From an uncultured Gemmatimonadales bacterium (GTDB lineage: Bacteria > Gemmatimonadota > Gemmatimonadetes > Longimicrobiales > RSA9), in contig CAWAMW010000002.1 of NCBI GenBank assembly GCA_963783305.1, positions 320,001-384,000 on the forward strand: DNA of 64,000 nucleotides, read 5' to 3'. Both the position numbers and the translations under genes were made by a program. Numbering within the stretch: position 1 is the stretch's first letter; every line of letters starts with the position of its first letter. The notes beneath the pieces were generated by a model. The model was given only the letters and a program-made list of their open reading frames with translations, did no database searches and was not told the DNA's origin. Below are positions 35,418-44,653 of this stretch, in pieces.

Positions 35418-37985
35418 TCAGGGTGTCGTGGTGTAGGGGCGGGGACGGGCGCTGGTGGGGGAGTCACCGCGACCGCGGGGCTGGGTGGTGGCGGGGGGTC
35501 CGTCGCCGTCCTGGAGATCGGCGCCCTCGGCGGCGCGGAGGGCGCGCCAAACGCGGGAGGGAGAGAAGGGGAGCGAGTCGAGGCGGACGCCGACGGCGTC
35601 GTAAATGGCGTTGGCAATGGCGGGAATGGACGGGTGCAGCGGGCCTTCGCCGGCCTCCTTGGCGCCATACGGGCCCTCGGGGTCCACACTCTCGATGATG
35701 AGCGAGTGGAGGTCGGGGGTGTCGAGGGAGGTGGGGAGTCGGTAGTCGAGGAGCGATGGGGCGTTGTGCAGCCCGACCTTCCCTTCCCGGTCGCTCTTGT
35801 AGACCTGCTCCTCGAAGATCGCCTCGGCGAAGCCCATGTACGCGGACCCTTCCATCTGGCCCTCCACCAGGACGGGATTGAGGGCCCGGCCGCAGTCGTG
35901 GGCGACCCAAATGTTCTTCACGGCCACGTAACCCGTCTCCTCGTCCACCTCCACCTCGGCCACGTGGGCGGTGAAGGAGTAGGCGGGGGAGGCGCCGATG
36001 GTGCCGCCGCGGTACTCCCCGTGGACGTCCTTGGGCGTGTTGTAGTGCCCCACGGCGCCGAGGGTGCCGTGCCGGGCCTCGGCGAGGTTGAACGCCTCCG
36101 AGATCGGCATCCTGCGGGCGGTGTCGCGCAGGTCGAACGCCCACCCGCCGGCGAGACCCACACGCGGCGGCTTCACATTCCATTCGTCCGCCACCGCACC
36201 GACCACTTTCTCCCGGAGCTGCTTCGCGGCGTGCACGGCGGCGTTCCCCACCATGAACGTCTCCCGGGACGAGTAGGCGCCCAGGTCCACAGGGGTCTGG
36301 TCGGTGTCGGTGGAGACCACCCGGACGTACTCCAGCGGGACCCCCAGCTCCTCCGCTGCGATCTGCGCAACCACGCTATCGCTTCCCTGCCCGATCTCAC
36401 TGGCGCCGGTCCAGACCGTGACCCGCCCGCTCCGCTCGATGGCCATCTGGATGGCCGACTGCGGCATGTCGTTCGGGTAGATCGGGTAGTTTGTGCCGGA
36501 GATGTAGGTGGACCCGGCGACGCCGAGGCCGTGACCGCGCGGCAGCTTTCCCCACCGATCCTTCCACTCACTGGCCGACTCCACCGCCTCCAGGCACTCC
36601 AGGAAGCCGTTCGACTGCACGCGCAGCTCGTTGATCGTGCGGCCGGTGCCCATGAAGTTGCGACGGCGCAGCTCGATGGGGTCCAGCTCCAGCCGCCGCG
36701 CCAGCTTGTCCAGCTGGATCTCGAACGCGAACCGCGGCTGCACGCTGCCGTGGCCCCGCTTCGGGCCGCACGCGGGCTTGTTCGTGTACACCCGCGTCGA
36801 GTCGAAGCGATAGGAGCCGAACGTGTAGGGCGCCGTCAGCAGCTGCCCCGCGTAGTAGGCCGTGACCAGCCCGAACGAGGCGTACGCCCCTCCGTCCAGC
36901 AGGATGTCGTGGTCCACCGCCCGGATACGGCCCTCGGCATCGGCGCCGAGCCGGCACTTCATCCGCATCGGGTGGCGCCCGCGGTGGGAGTAGAACACCT
37001 CCTCCCGCGTATAGAGGATCTTGACGGGGCGACCGGTCCTCTGGGCGAGCCTGGCGACGCAGAACTCGAGGTCGAAGGGCTCGGATTTGCCGCCGAAGGC
37101 ACCGCCGACGGTGGGCTGCACGACGCGGATCCGGGCCACATCGAGTTCGAGGACGCGGGCGAGCTCGCGGTGGAGGTAGTGCGGCACCTGGGTGGACGAC
37201 CAGACGGTGAGCTTCCCCGCCGGGTCCGCGTAGCCAATGGCGCAGTGGGGCTCGATGGGGGCGTGGGTGCTGCCCTCGTAGTAGTAGTCGCCCTCGATCA
37301 CCACCTCGCTGCCGGCCATGTGGGCGTCGACGGGTCCGAACTCGAGCGTCAGCTTCTTGGTGATATTGCCGTTCCAGCCGTCCTTGAGGGGCTCGTGGAT
37401 CGGCACGGCGTCGTCGCCGGGGCGGAGCGCCTCGCGCGGGTCGAGGTACGCGGGAAGCGGCTCGTACAGGACCCGGATGGCGTCGGCGGCGCGGATCGCG
37501 GTGTCCTCGTCCACGGCGGCGACGGCGGCCACGGCATCGCCGATGTAGCGCACGCGCTCCGTGGCCAGCGCCTGCTCGTCGCGGGTCCACGGGATGATGC
37601 AGTACTTCTCAGGCATGTCGGCGCCGGTGATCACGGCGTACACGCCGTCCATGGCCTCGGCTTCGGCGGTATCGATGGAGAGGATGCGGGCGTGTGCGTG
37701 GGGCGAGCGCAGGATCTTGCCGTGGAGCATCCCGGGGAGCGACATGTCGTCGGCGTACACAGCGCGTCCCATGGCCTTGTCGAGGCCATCCACACGCACT
37801 GTCCGCTGGCCGATGACCGCGAACTCGCGCTCGACCAGCTCGTCCAGCTGGTCGAGGTCCAGCGCCCGCCGCTCCTGGGCGGGACGCAGCTCTTCTGGCC
37901 TCATGGATGTCGCGGTGCGGGGGAACGCGGAGACGGGCTCCGTCGGGACTCGGGTGCCATCCTCATCATGCCACGACGACGGCAC
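35418..37985 (-). CDS. Molybdopterin large subunit of xanthine oxidase-family enzyme, HcrA-like
   Basis: LRSPHAHA, HAPIEPH, STQ, GGAFGGK, KRGHG, IGQGS, GAYSSR, GAKEAGEG. Start uncertain (GTG 37985 or ATG 37904). Confidence 0.9.
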   Translation of the reverse strand: MPSSWHDEDGTRVPTEPVSAFPRTATSMRPEELRPAQERRALDLDQLDELVEREFAVIGQRTVRVDGLDKAMGRAVYADDMSLPGMLHGKILRSPHAHARILSIDTAEAEAMDGVYAVITGADMPEKYCIIPWTRDEQALATERVRYIGDAVAAVAAVDEDTAIRAADAIRVLYEPLPAYLDPREALRPGDDAVPIHEPLKDGWNGNITKKLTLEFGPVDAHMAGSEVVIEGDYYYEGSTHAPIEPHCAIGYADPAGKLTVWSSTQVPHYLHRELARVLELDVARIRVVQPTVGGAFGGKSEPFDLEFCVARLAQRTGRPVKILYTREEVFYSHRGRHPMRMKCRLGADAEGRIRAVDHDILLDGGAYASFGLVTAYYAGQLLTAPYTFGSYRFDSTRVYTNKPACGPKRGHGSVQPRFAFEIQLDKLARRLELDPIELRRRNFMGTGRTINELRVQSNGFLECLEAVESASEWKDRWGKLPRGHGLGVAGSTYISGTNYPIYPNDMPQSAIQMAIERSGRVTVWTGASEIGQGSDSVVAQIAAEELGVPLEYVRVVSTDTDQTPVDLGAYSSRETFMVGNAAVHAAKQLREKVVGAVADEWNVKPPRVGLAGGWAFDLRDTARRMPISEAFNLAEARHGTLGAVGHYNTPKDVHGEYRGGTIGASPAYSFTAHVAEVEVDEETGYVAVKNIWVAHDCGRALNPVLVEGQMEGSAYMGFAEAIFEEQVYKSDREGKVGLHNAPSLLDYRLPTSLDTPDLHSLIIESVDPEGPYGAKEAGEGPLHPSIPAIANAIYDAVGVRLDSLPFSPSRVWRALRAAEGADLQDGDGPPATTQPRGRGDSPTSARPRPYTTTP

Positions 37986-37989
37986 ACGT

Positions 37990-39702
37990 TCAAGCCCCGG
38001 AGGCGGTTACCACCCGATCGACCTCGACCGCATCGAGGAACGCGCGATCGTGGGAAACGACCACGAGCGCCCCGTCGTAGCCGCGCACGACCTCCTCCAC
38101 GGCGCGGATGCTGTCCAGATCCAGGTGATTGGTGGGCTCGTCCAGGACCAGCAGACGAGGCGGCCGGGGCACGGCCACCACGCAGGCCAGCGCCACGCGC
38201 ACCCGCTCACCCCCGCTCAGGTCGCCCGCCCGGGCGCGCACGGCATCGCCGCGGAAGAGCAGCCTGGCCAGGACCCGACGCGCGGTGTTGTCGTCCACCC
38301 CCACGTCGGCATCCTGTACGTTCTCGAGCACGGATCGGTCGTGCCGCAGCCGCGCGGCACGCTGATCCAGGTAGGCGACCTCATGTGGCTGGAGCCCGAG
38401 CGTCAAGGAGCCGGAGGTCGGCTGGATCTCGCCGGTGAGGAGTCGGAGCAGGGTCGTCTTGCCGCTCCCGTTCGGCCCGGTGATCGCCAGCCGCTCCGGC
38501 CCCACGATGCCCAGGTCGAAACCCCGCACCGCGGGCTCGGCGGCGCCCGGGAAGGTGTAACCGACACCGCGGAGCTCGGCCACGAGGCGCGTCGAATGGA
38601 GATCCGCCGACGGCAGCTCCAGCCGGACCCGCTCCGCCTCCTCCACCCTGGCGTTGGCGATCCGGACCCGCGCCCGGCTCGCCTCGATCCGGTGCTCCCC
38701 CACCTGGCCCAGGCGAGCCGACGTCCCTTCGCTTCGCTCCCGCCGCGCGTTCAGCAGGATTTTCGGCAGGTTGGCGGTGCCACGACCCCGCTTCCCGCGG
38801 GCGTTCCGCCGGTCCTGCCTCTCCCGCACCTCCCGGGCCGACCGCTTCGTGTCCCTCAGCGCGTGCCGGGCGCTCTCCAGCTCCCTCTGGGCCGCCTCCG
38901 CCTCGGCCGTGCGCTGCGCCTGGTACAGGGACCAGCCGCCGCCGTAGGATCGGGCGCCCAGAGGCGACAGCTCCAGGATCCGGTCCACCCGATCCAGCAG
39001 CGCGCGGTCGTGCGTACTGACGAGCAGACCCCCACGCCACGACTCCACGGCGCCGTACAGGAGCGACCGGCCGGGGGCGTCCAGGTCGTTGGTGGGCTCG
39101 TCCAGGAGCAGGAGGTCCGGTCGCCCCAGCAGTCGTCCGGCCAGCGCGATCCGCGTGGCCTCGCCGCCGCTCACGCCCGTCATGGGTCGGTCCAGCGGAA
39201 TGGATTCGAGGCCCAGCCCCGCGAGGTGAGCCGTGAGCCGCTCGCGCAGGTCCCACCGGTCCCCGATGGTCTCGAGGTCTCCCGGCTGCGGCGATCCCGC
39301 CAGCACGCGGTCGAGAGCGCGGAGTGCCTCCTCCACCCCGAGCGCGGCGGCCACCGTGCGCGGCGCTGCTTCGGCGTCCGGGCGGACCGGGTGGGTCAGG
39401 GTGGCGGCCAGGAGGGCGTTCGGCTGGCCCGACAGCGGGTCCATCGGGGGAGCGGTGGAGCCGTCCGTCCGGCGTTGGGGCAGGTACGCGATCCGGCCGC
39501 TTCGGACCACGCGGCCGGCCGCAGGCTGGATCTCGCCGGCCAGGATCCGGAGGAGGATCGTCTTGCCGATGCCGTTGCGTCCTACCAGTCCGACGCGCTC
39601 ACGGCCGAGCCCTAAGCTCAGACCCGCGAAGAGCTCCCGGCCATCGGGAAGGGCGAAGGCTACCGCGTCGGCGGAAAGGAGAACGGGGTCGGAACGCAAC
39701 AT
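37990..39702 (-). CDS. ABC-F family ATPase (ribosome-associated)
   Basis: Two ABC domains (GRNGIGKT/VSGGE/LDEPTNDLD; GPNGSGKT/LSGGE/LDEPTNHLD), helical linker, no TM segments; AGGAG RBS. Confidence 0.9.
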   Translation of the reverse strand: MLRSDPVLLSADAVAFALPDGRELFAGLSLGLGRERVGLVGRNGIGKTILLRILAGEIQPAAGRVVRSGRIAYLPQRRTDGSTAPPMDPLSGQPNALLAATLTHPVRPDAEAAPRTVAAALGVEEALRALDRVLAGSPQPGDLETIGDRWDLRERLTAHLAGLGLESIPLDRPMTGVSGGEATRIALAGRLLGRPDLLLLDEPTNDLDAPGRSLLYGAVESWRGGLLVSTHDRALLDRVDRILELSPLGARSYGGGWSLYQAQRTAEAEAAQRELESARHALRDTKRSAREVRERQDRRNARGKRGRGTANLPKILLNARRERSEGTSARLGQVGEHRIEASRARVRIANARVEEAERVRLELPSADLHSTRLVAELRGVGYTFPGAAEPAVRGFDLGIVGPERLAITGPNGSGKTTLLRLLTGEIQPTSGSLTLGLQPHEVAYLDQRAARLRHDRSVLENVQDADVGVDDNTARRVLARLLFRGDAVRARAGDLSGGERVRVALACVVAVPRPPRLLVLDEPTNHLDLDSIRAVEEVVRGYDGALVVVSHDRAFLDAVEVDRVVTASGA

Positions 39703-39760
39703 ACGGCACAGCTCCTGGCGTGGAGGATACGGGTGATCTCTCTGTAGAACGCCAGGGTGC

Positions 39761-39784
39761 TCAGCACGTCGGTTCCTCGTCCAT
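39761..39784 (-). CDS. Possible 7-aa uORF (MDEEPTC) in ABC-F leader
   Basis: ATG GAC GAG GAA CCG ACG TGC TGA, between a promoter-like motif and the ABC-F RBS. Confidence 0.3.
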   Translation of the reverse strand: MDEEPTC

Positions 39785-39819
39785 GGTGCCGTGGTACGCC
39801 ACGGGCGGCGCACGGCGAC

Positions 39820-39849
39820 ACGCTACGCGCAATGTGGTGGCGGGGTCAA
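39820..39849 (-). promoter_or_regulatory. Putative internal sigma70 promoter for ABC-F and downstream genes
   Basis: TTGACC-N18-TAGCGT on minus strand. Confidence 0.5.
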
Positions 39850-39921
39850 GGGTTGCGGGATATGGCACCCCTGGGGGCGAATCCGGCCGTGGGCGCCTCC
39901 GAGGGCGCCGTGGCGCGGCGG

Positions 39922-40425
<504 letters not shown>

Positions 40426-40431
40426 AATGTA

Positions 40432-40461
40432 AGACTACCGGCCGTCGCGGCCCGGGGTCAA
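40432..40461 (-). promoter_or_regulatory. Putative leaderless sigma70 promoter of the Fe-S subunit gene
   Basis: TTGACC-N18-TAGTCT-N6-ATG; no SD. Confidence 0.6.
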
Positions 40462-40506
40462 GCGAAGGGTGCTGCCCCAAATGTGGAATATGGAACCTGG
40501 TCCGCC

Positions 40507-40512
40507 TATACT
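40507..40512 (+). promoter_or_regulatory. Putative -10 box, leaderless start of mocA-xdhC fusion
   Basis: TATACT-N6-ATG (40519); no SD. Confidence 0.55.
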
Positions 40513-40518
40513 CCCCCT

Positions 40519-41901
40519 ATGAATCACCACTCCACGGCCGGGGTCGTACTGGCTGCCGGCCGATCGCGCCGGATGGGCTCGCCGAAGCCGTTGCTGGAGC
40601 TGCGGGACGGGACCTTCCTGGGCGCGGCAGTGGCCTCCCTGGCTCGTGGGGGCTGCGACCCAGTGGTGGCGGTGGTGAGCGACCCCGAGACCGCGGCCGA
40701 GGCCCGCCACGCGGGCGCCCTCGTGGTCACGGGGGATCCGGACGCAGAGCAGGTGGACTCGCTCCGGGTCGGCCTCCAGGCGCTTCCACCTGAGGCCACC
40801 GCAGCCCTGGTCCTGCCGGTGGACCACCCGCTGGTCGAAGCCTCGACCGTGCGCGCGCTACTGGATGCCGCGGCGCGCGATCCGGGGGCAGTGATCCGAC
40901 CGGTGCACGGCGGCCGGCCCGGGCACCCGACGCTCTTTCCCCGGTTGCTGTGGGCGACGCTGGCGGACCCGGCACTGTCCCGGGGCGCCCGGTCCGTGGT
41001 GGAGTCGCCCACCACGGAGAGGGTGGACGTGCCCGTGGATGACCCTGGGGTGGTGGCCGACATCGACACCCCCGAGGCGTATGATCAGCACGTGCGCGGC
41101 ACGGCGCGGCTCTCGCTGGCGGCGGCGGCACGGGCCATCCTGGAGGCAAAGAGTGGCGGTCCGGCGGTGGCGGTAGTCGCGCGGGTGGACGAGGTGGGCG
41201 GCGGATCGCGCCTCCTCGTGCAGGAGGGCGGACGCGTCCTGGGAACGCTGGGCGAGCCAGGGCTGGATACGGCGGGCCGGGAGATCGGGGAGCGGCTGCT
41301 GGCAACGCCGGAGGAGAGCGCCTGGACGCTGGAAGCGGGAGACGGCGAGATCACTCTCTTCGTCGAGGCGCACCGGGCCCCGGCCACCCTGTTCGTCGTG
41401 GGCGCCGGGCACATCGCGGTCCCGCTGGCCCGGCTGGCGGAGCTGCTGGCGTTCCCCGTGGTGGTCCTGGACGACCGCGACGAGTTCGCGACGGCGGAGC
41501 GGTTCCCGACGGCGGCCCGCGTCGAGCGCCTGGACTTTGCGGCGCCGTTCCAGGATCTCGCTCCCCGCACCGGCGATTTCGTGGTCCTCGTGACGCGAGC
41601 TCACCGCTACGACTTCGACTGCCTGCGCGCACTGCTGGATGCCGGGTCGGCACCCCGCTACATCGGCATGGTGGGGAGCCGGCGCCGCGTGCGCGCGGCG
41701 TACCGGGCGCTCCTGGCCGCCGGAGTGGCGAAGGAGCGGCTGTCGTCGATCCACGCGCCCATTGGTGTGGACATCGGGGCGGAGACGCCGGAGGAGATCG
41801 CGGTGTCGATCGCCGCCGAGCTGGTGGCGGTCCGTCGGGGCGTGGACGCGGCCGGGTCGCTCCGGGACGAGGAGCGGATCGCGGACCGTCTCATGGAGTA
41901 G
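40519..41901 (+). CDS. MocA-like Moco nucleotidyltransferase fused to XdhC-like chaperone domains
   Basis: VLAAGRSRRMGSPK, PVDHP, GHPTLF, DIDTPE; then VGAGHIA, DDR, VTR.H..D, YIGMVGSRRR, APIGVDIGAETPEEIAVSI. Confidence 0.88.
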   Translation: MNHHSTAGVVLAAGRSRRMGSPKPLLELRDGTFLGAAVASLARGGCDPVVAVVSDPETAAEARHAGALVVTGDPDAEQVDSLRVGLQALPPEATAALVLPVDHPLVEASTVRALLDAAARDPGAVIRPVHGGRPGHPTLFPRLLWATLADPALSRGARSVVESPTTERVDVPVDDPGVVADIDTPEAYDQHVRGTARLSLAAAARAILEAKSGGPAVAVVARVDEVGGGSRLLVQEGGRVLGTLGEPGLDTAGREIGERLLATPEESAWTLEAGDGEITLFVEAHRAPATLFVVGAGHIAVPLARLAELLAFPVVVLDDRDEFATAERFPTAARVERLDFAAPFQDLAPRTGDFVVLVTRAHRYDFDCLRALLDAGSAPRYIGMVGSRRRVRAAYRALLAAGVAKERLSSIHAPIGVDIGAETPEEIAVSIAAELVAVRRGVDAAGSLRDEERIADRLME

Positions 41902-42002
41902 CGAGCGGGCGCTCCCGTGAGCGGCTACTGTTAGGGGGCAGGCTGACAGCACGCGCACGAGAGCAGCCACTATCAAAGGACCTCAGAGGGCAACGCAGCG
42001 GA

Positions 42003-42335
42003 ATGGACGCCGACGCACAGGTTTTCGAAGCCATACTCGCCGCGGCCGCGGCGGGCCGGCGGGTCGTACTGGCTACGGTGGTGTCTGCGAAGGGGTCGAC
42101 GCCTCGCGGCACCGGGAGCAAGATGGTGATCGACCCGGCGGTGGGGCTGGTGGGCACGATCGGGGGCGGGTGCGGTGAGGGGGACGTGATCGAGGCCGCG
42201 AAGTCGGTGCTGGAGACCGGACGTCCGCGGCGGGTGCGGGTCGAGCTGATGGACGACGAGGATTCGTGGAGCCCCGCGGTGTGCGGGGGAGTCATGGACA
42301 TATTCGTGGAGCCAGTGGATCCCGATGTGGGATAG
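42003..42335 (+). CDS. Stand-alone XdhC/CoxI N-terminal domain protein
   Basis: LATVV..GSTPR..GSKM..GTIGGGCGE..VCGG.M.IFVEP. Confidence 0.9.
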   Translation: MDADAQVFEAILAAAAAGRRVVLATVVSAKGSTPRGTGSKMVIDPAVGLVGTIGGGCGEGDVIEAAKSVLETGRPRRVRVELMDDEDSWSPAVCGGVMDIFVEPVDPDVG

Positions 42336-43554
42336 ATACAATGCATACCTGCAGCGTCCGCCGGAGCTGATGGTGGCGTGGCAGGACAGCGAAACGGAAG
42401 CGCGCGGCTGGCTGGTGATCAACTCGCTGCGTGGCGGCGCGGCCGGGGGGGGCACGCGCATGCGGACGGGTGCCAACGCCCGCGAGGTCGGCTATCTGGC
42501 GAAGACGATGGAGCTGAAGTTCGCGCTCGCCGGGCCGGCCATCGGCGGCGCGAAATCGGCCATCGACTTCGACCCGCGCGATCCGCGAAAGCGCGATGTG
42601 CTGCGGCGCTGGTATCGCGCGATTGCGCCCTACCTCCGGGCCCACTACGGGACGGGCGGTGACCTGAACGTGGACGAGGTCACGGAGGTCGTACCCATCA
42701 TTCAGGAGCTGGGGATCTCACACCCGCAGGAGGGCGTGGTCCGCGGACACCTGCAGCCGGACGAGGAGCGCTTCGGGAGGGTGATCCGGACGCTGGACGA
42801 AGGCGTGGAGGCCCCCGTCAGCGGGTCGCTCGGTGTGGGGGACACGACGTTGGCGGTGGCGGACATGATCACCGGCTATGGGGTCGCCCGCTCCGTGATC
42901 CACTACCGGCAGCGGCTCGGCCTGCCCATGGACGGTGCCCGGGTGGTTCTCGAGGGTTTCGGCAACGTGGGCGCGCCGGCCGGGCTCTACCTGGCGCGGG
43001 CCGGCGCCCGCGTCGTCGCCATCGCCAATGTGGAGAAGACGCTGCTGGCGCCCGAGGGCCTGGACGCGGCCGCCGTGGAGCGGCTGCTGGTCACGGGGCC
43101 CCTCCACCTCCTGCCCGATGGCGACCGCTACCTGCAGGGCGACGACCACGATGCCTACCTGGACGCTCCCGCCGACATCTTCGTCTGCGCCGCGTCCTCC
43201 GGCACGCTCACGGGCGAGTGCCTGGACCGGATCGAGAAAGCCGGCGTCACCACCATCGTATCGGGCGCGAACCTGCCGTTCCGCGAGGCTTCGGCGGGCT
43301 CAATGGACGTTCACCGCGCCGCGGACGAGCGCTTCGCCGTGCTGCCGGACTTCGTGGTGAACCTCGGCATGGCCCGCGCCTTCAGCTACTTCATGGAGGA
43401 GGGTGCGGAAGCGAGCGCGGAACCGGTGTTCCGGGCCGTGGACGCGACCGTGCAGAGATCGGTGCGCGAGATGGTCGAGCGGGCGCCCCGTGAAGACCGG
43501 GGCCTCATGGGCGCCAGTCTGGGCATCGCGCTCGACCGGATCGGCGCCGCGTGA
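42325..43554 (+). CDS. Divergent Glu/Leu/Phe/Val dehydrogenase family protein
   Basis: GGGTR, GGAKSAI, TGYGV, EGFGNVG, GAN, PDFVVN. Confidence 0.85.
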   Translation: MWDRYNAYLQRPPELMVAWQDSETEARGWLVINSLRGGAAGGGTRMRTGANAREVGYLAKTMELKFALAGPAIGGAKSAIDFDPRDPRKRDVLRRWYRAIAPYLRAHYGTGGDLNVDEVTEVVPIIQELGISHPQEGVVRGHLQPDEERFGRVIRTLDEGVEAPVSGSLGVGDTTLAVADMITGYGVARSVIHYRQRLGLPMDGARVVLEGFGNVGAPAGLYLARAGARVVAIANVEKTLLAPEGLDAAAVERLLVTGPLHLLPDGDRYLQGDDHDAYLDAPADIFVCAASSGTLTGECLDRIEKAGVTTIVSGANLPFREASAGSMDVHRAADERFAVLPDFVVNLGMARAFSYFMEEGAEASAEPVFRAVDATVQRSVREMVERAPREDRGLMGASLGIALDRIGAA

Positions 43555-44645
43555 GTGGCGGCGGCCCGAACGGCAATGCGCCGATGATCACGCTGTACGT
43601 GGGGACCCGGCGCGGCCTCTTCCTCGTCACCTCGGCGGACCGTGAGTCCTGGAAGGTCGAGGGGCCGTACCTGGCCGGTCGGGAAGTGTTCCACGCGTTC
43701 CGGGATCCGCGTCGGCGCGGGCGCGTCTGGGCGGCCACGAGCCACAAGGTGTGGGGGTCGCACATTCATCGCAGCGACGATGGCGGGCGCGAGTGGTCCG
43801 TGCTCGAGGCCGCGCCGCACCACGCCGACGAACGGGGGCTCCGCGCCATCTGGTACCTCGCCCCGGGCCCCGCCGACCAGCCGAACACACTCTGGGCCGG
43901 GATCGAGCCCGCCGGCCTGTTCCGGAGCGACGACGCCGGCGAGAGCTGGACGCCATCGCCGCTGAACGAGCACCCCACCCGGGACGCATGGCAGCCGGCG
44001 GGCGGAGGGCTGGCCCTCGGCAGCATCCAGCACGACCCGGCGGACCCCCGTCGCATCTACTGCTCGCTGTCCGCCGGCGGTGTGTACCGCTCCGATGACG
44101 GCGGCGAGACGTGGCAGCCGAAGAACCAGGGAGTCCGCTGCGACTTCCAGCCCGTGACGTACCCCGAGGCGGGCCAGTGCGTACACAAGCTGCGCGTTCA
44201 TCCCGCCCGCCCGGAGCGCCTGTACCAGCAGAACCACTGCGGCGTGTACCGCTCGGACGACCACGGCGACAGCTGGATCGAGATCACGGAAGGGCTGCCC
44301 AGCGATTTCGGCTACGCCCTTGCCCTCGATCCGCGCGAGCCCGATACCGCCTTCGTCATCCCGGAAGAGTCCAGCCACATGCGGGCCACGGTGGACGGGA
44401 AGCTCCGCGTCTATCGCACCACGGACGCCGGCGCCAGCTGGGCTCGCCTGACCCGCGGGCTCCCGCAGTCGCACGCCTACGTGTCCGTGCTCCGCGACGC
44501 CATGGACCACGACCGCCTGGAGCCCGCCGGCGTGTTCTTCGGCACCTCCACCGGCCACCTCTTCGCCAGCCGGAACCGGGGCGAGTCATGGCGCGCCATC
44601 GCGGCATACCTCCCGAAGATCCTGTCCGTCACGACCTGGAGCTGA
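43551..44645 (+). CDS. BNR/Asp-box beta-propeller protein
   Basis: Repeated RSDDGGxxW Asp-boxes; LYVGTRRGLF; QQNHCGVY; no signal peptide. Confidence 0.85.
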   Translation: MSGGGPNGNAPMITLYVGTRRGLFLVTSADRESWKVEGPYLAGREVFHAFRDPRRRGRVWAATSHKVWGSHIHRSDDGGREWSVLEAAPHHADERGLRAIWYLAPGPADQPNTLWAGIEPAGLFRSDDAGESWTPSPLNEHPTRDAWQPAGGGLALGSIQHDPADPRRIYCSLSAGGVYRSDDGGETWQPKNQGVRCDFQPVTYPEAGQCVHKLRVHPARPERLYQQNHCGVYRSDDHGDSWIEITEGLPSDFGYALALDPREPDTAFVIPEESSHMRATVDGKLRVYRTTDAGASWARLTRGLPQSHAYVSVLRDAMDHDRLEPAGVFFGTSTGHLFASRNRGESWRAIAAYLPKILSVTTWS

Positions 44646-44653
44646 TCAGGAAC

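Noticed and set aside
34800..38438. 1212-aa plus-strand ORF and other long antisense or alternate-frame ORFs (e.g. 11214-13439, 17364-19679, 20763-22829, 58991-60868)
   Set aside because: Shadow ORFs of well-supported genes in GC-rich DNA; no recognisable motifs.
40426..40518. Moco riboswitch ahead of molybdoenzyme genes
   Set aside because: The gap is only 93 bp and both genes appear leaderless, leaving no room for an aptamer.
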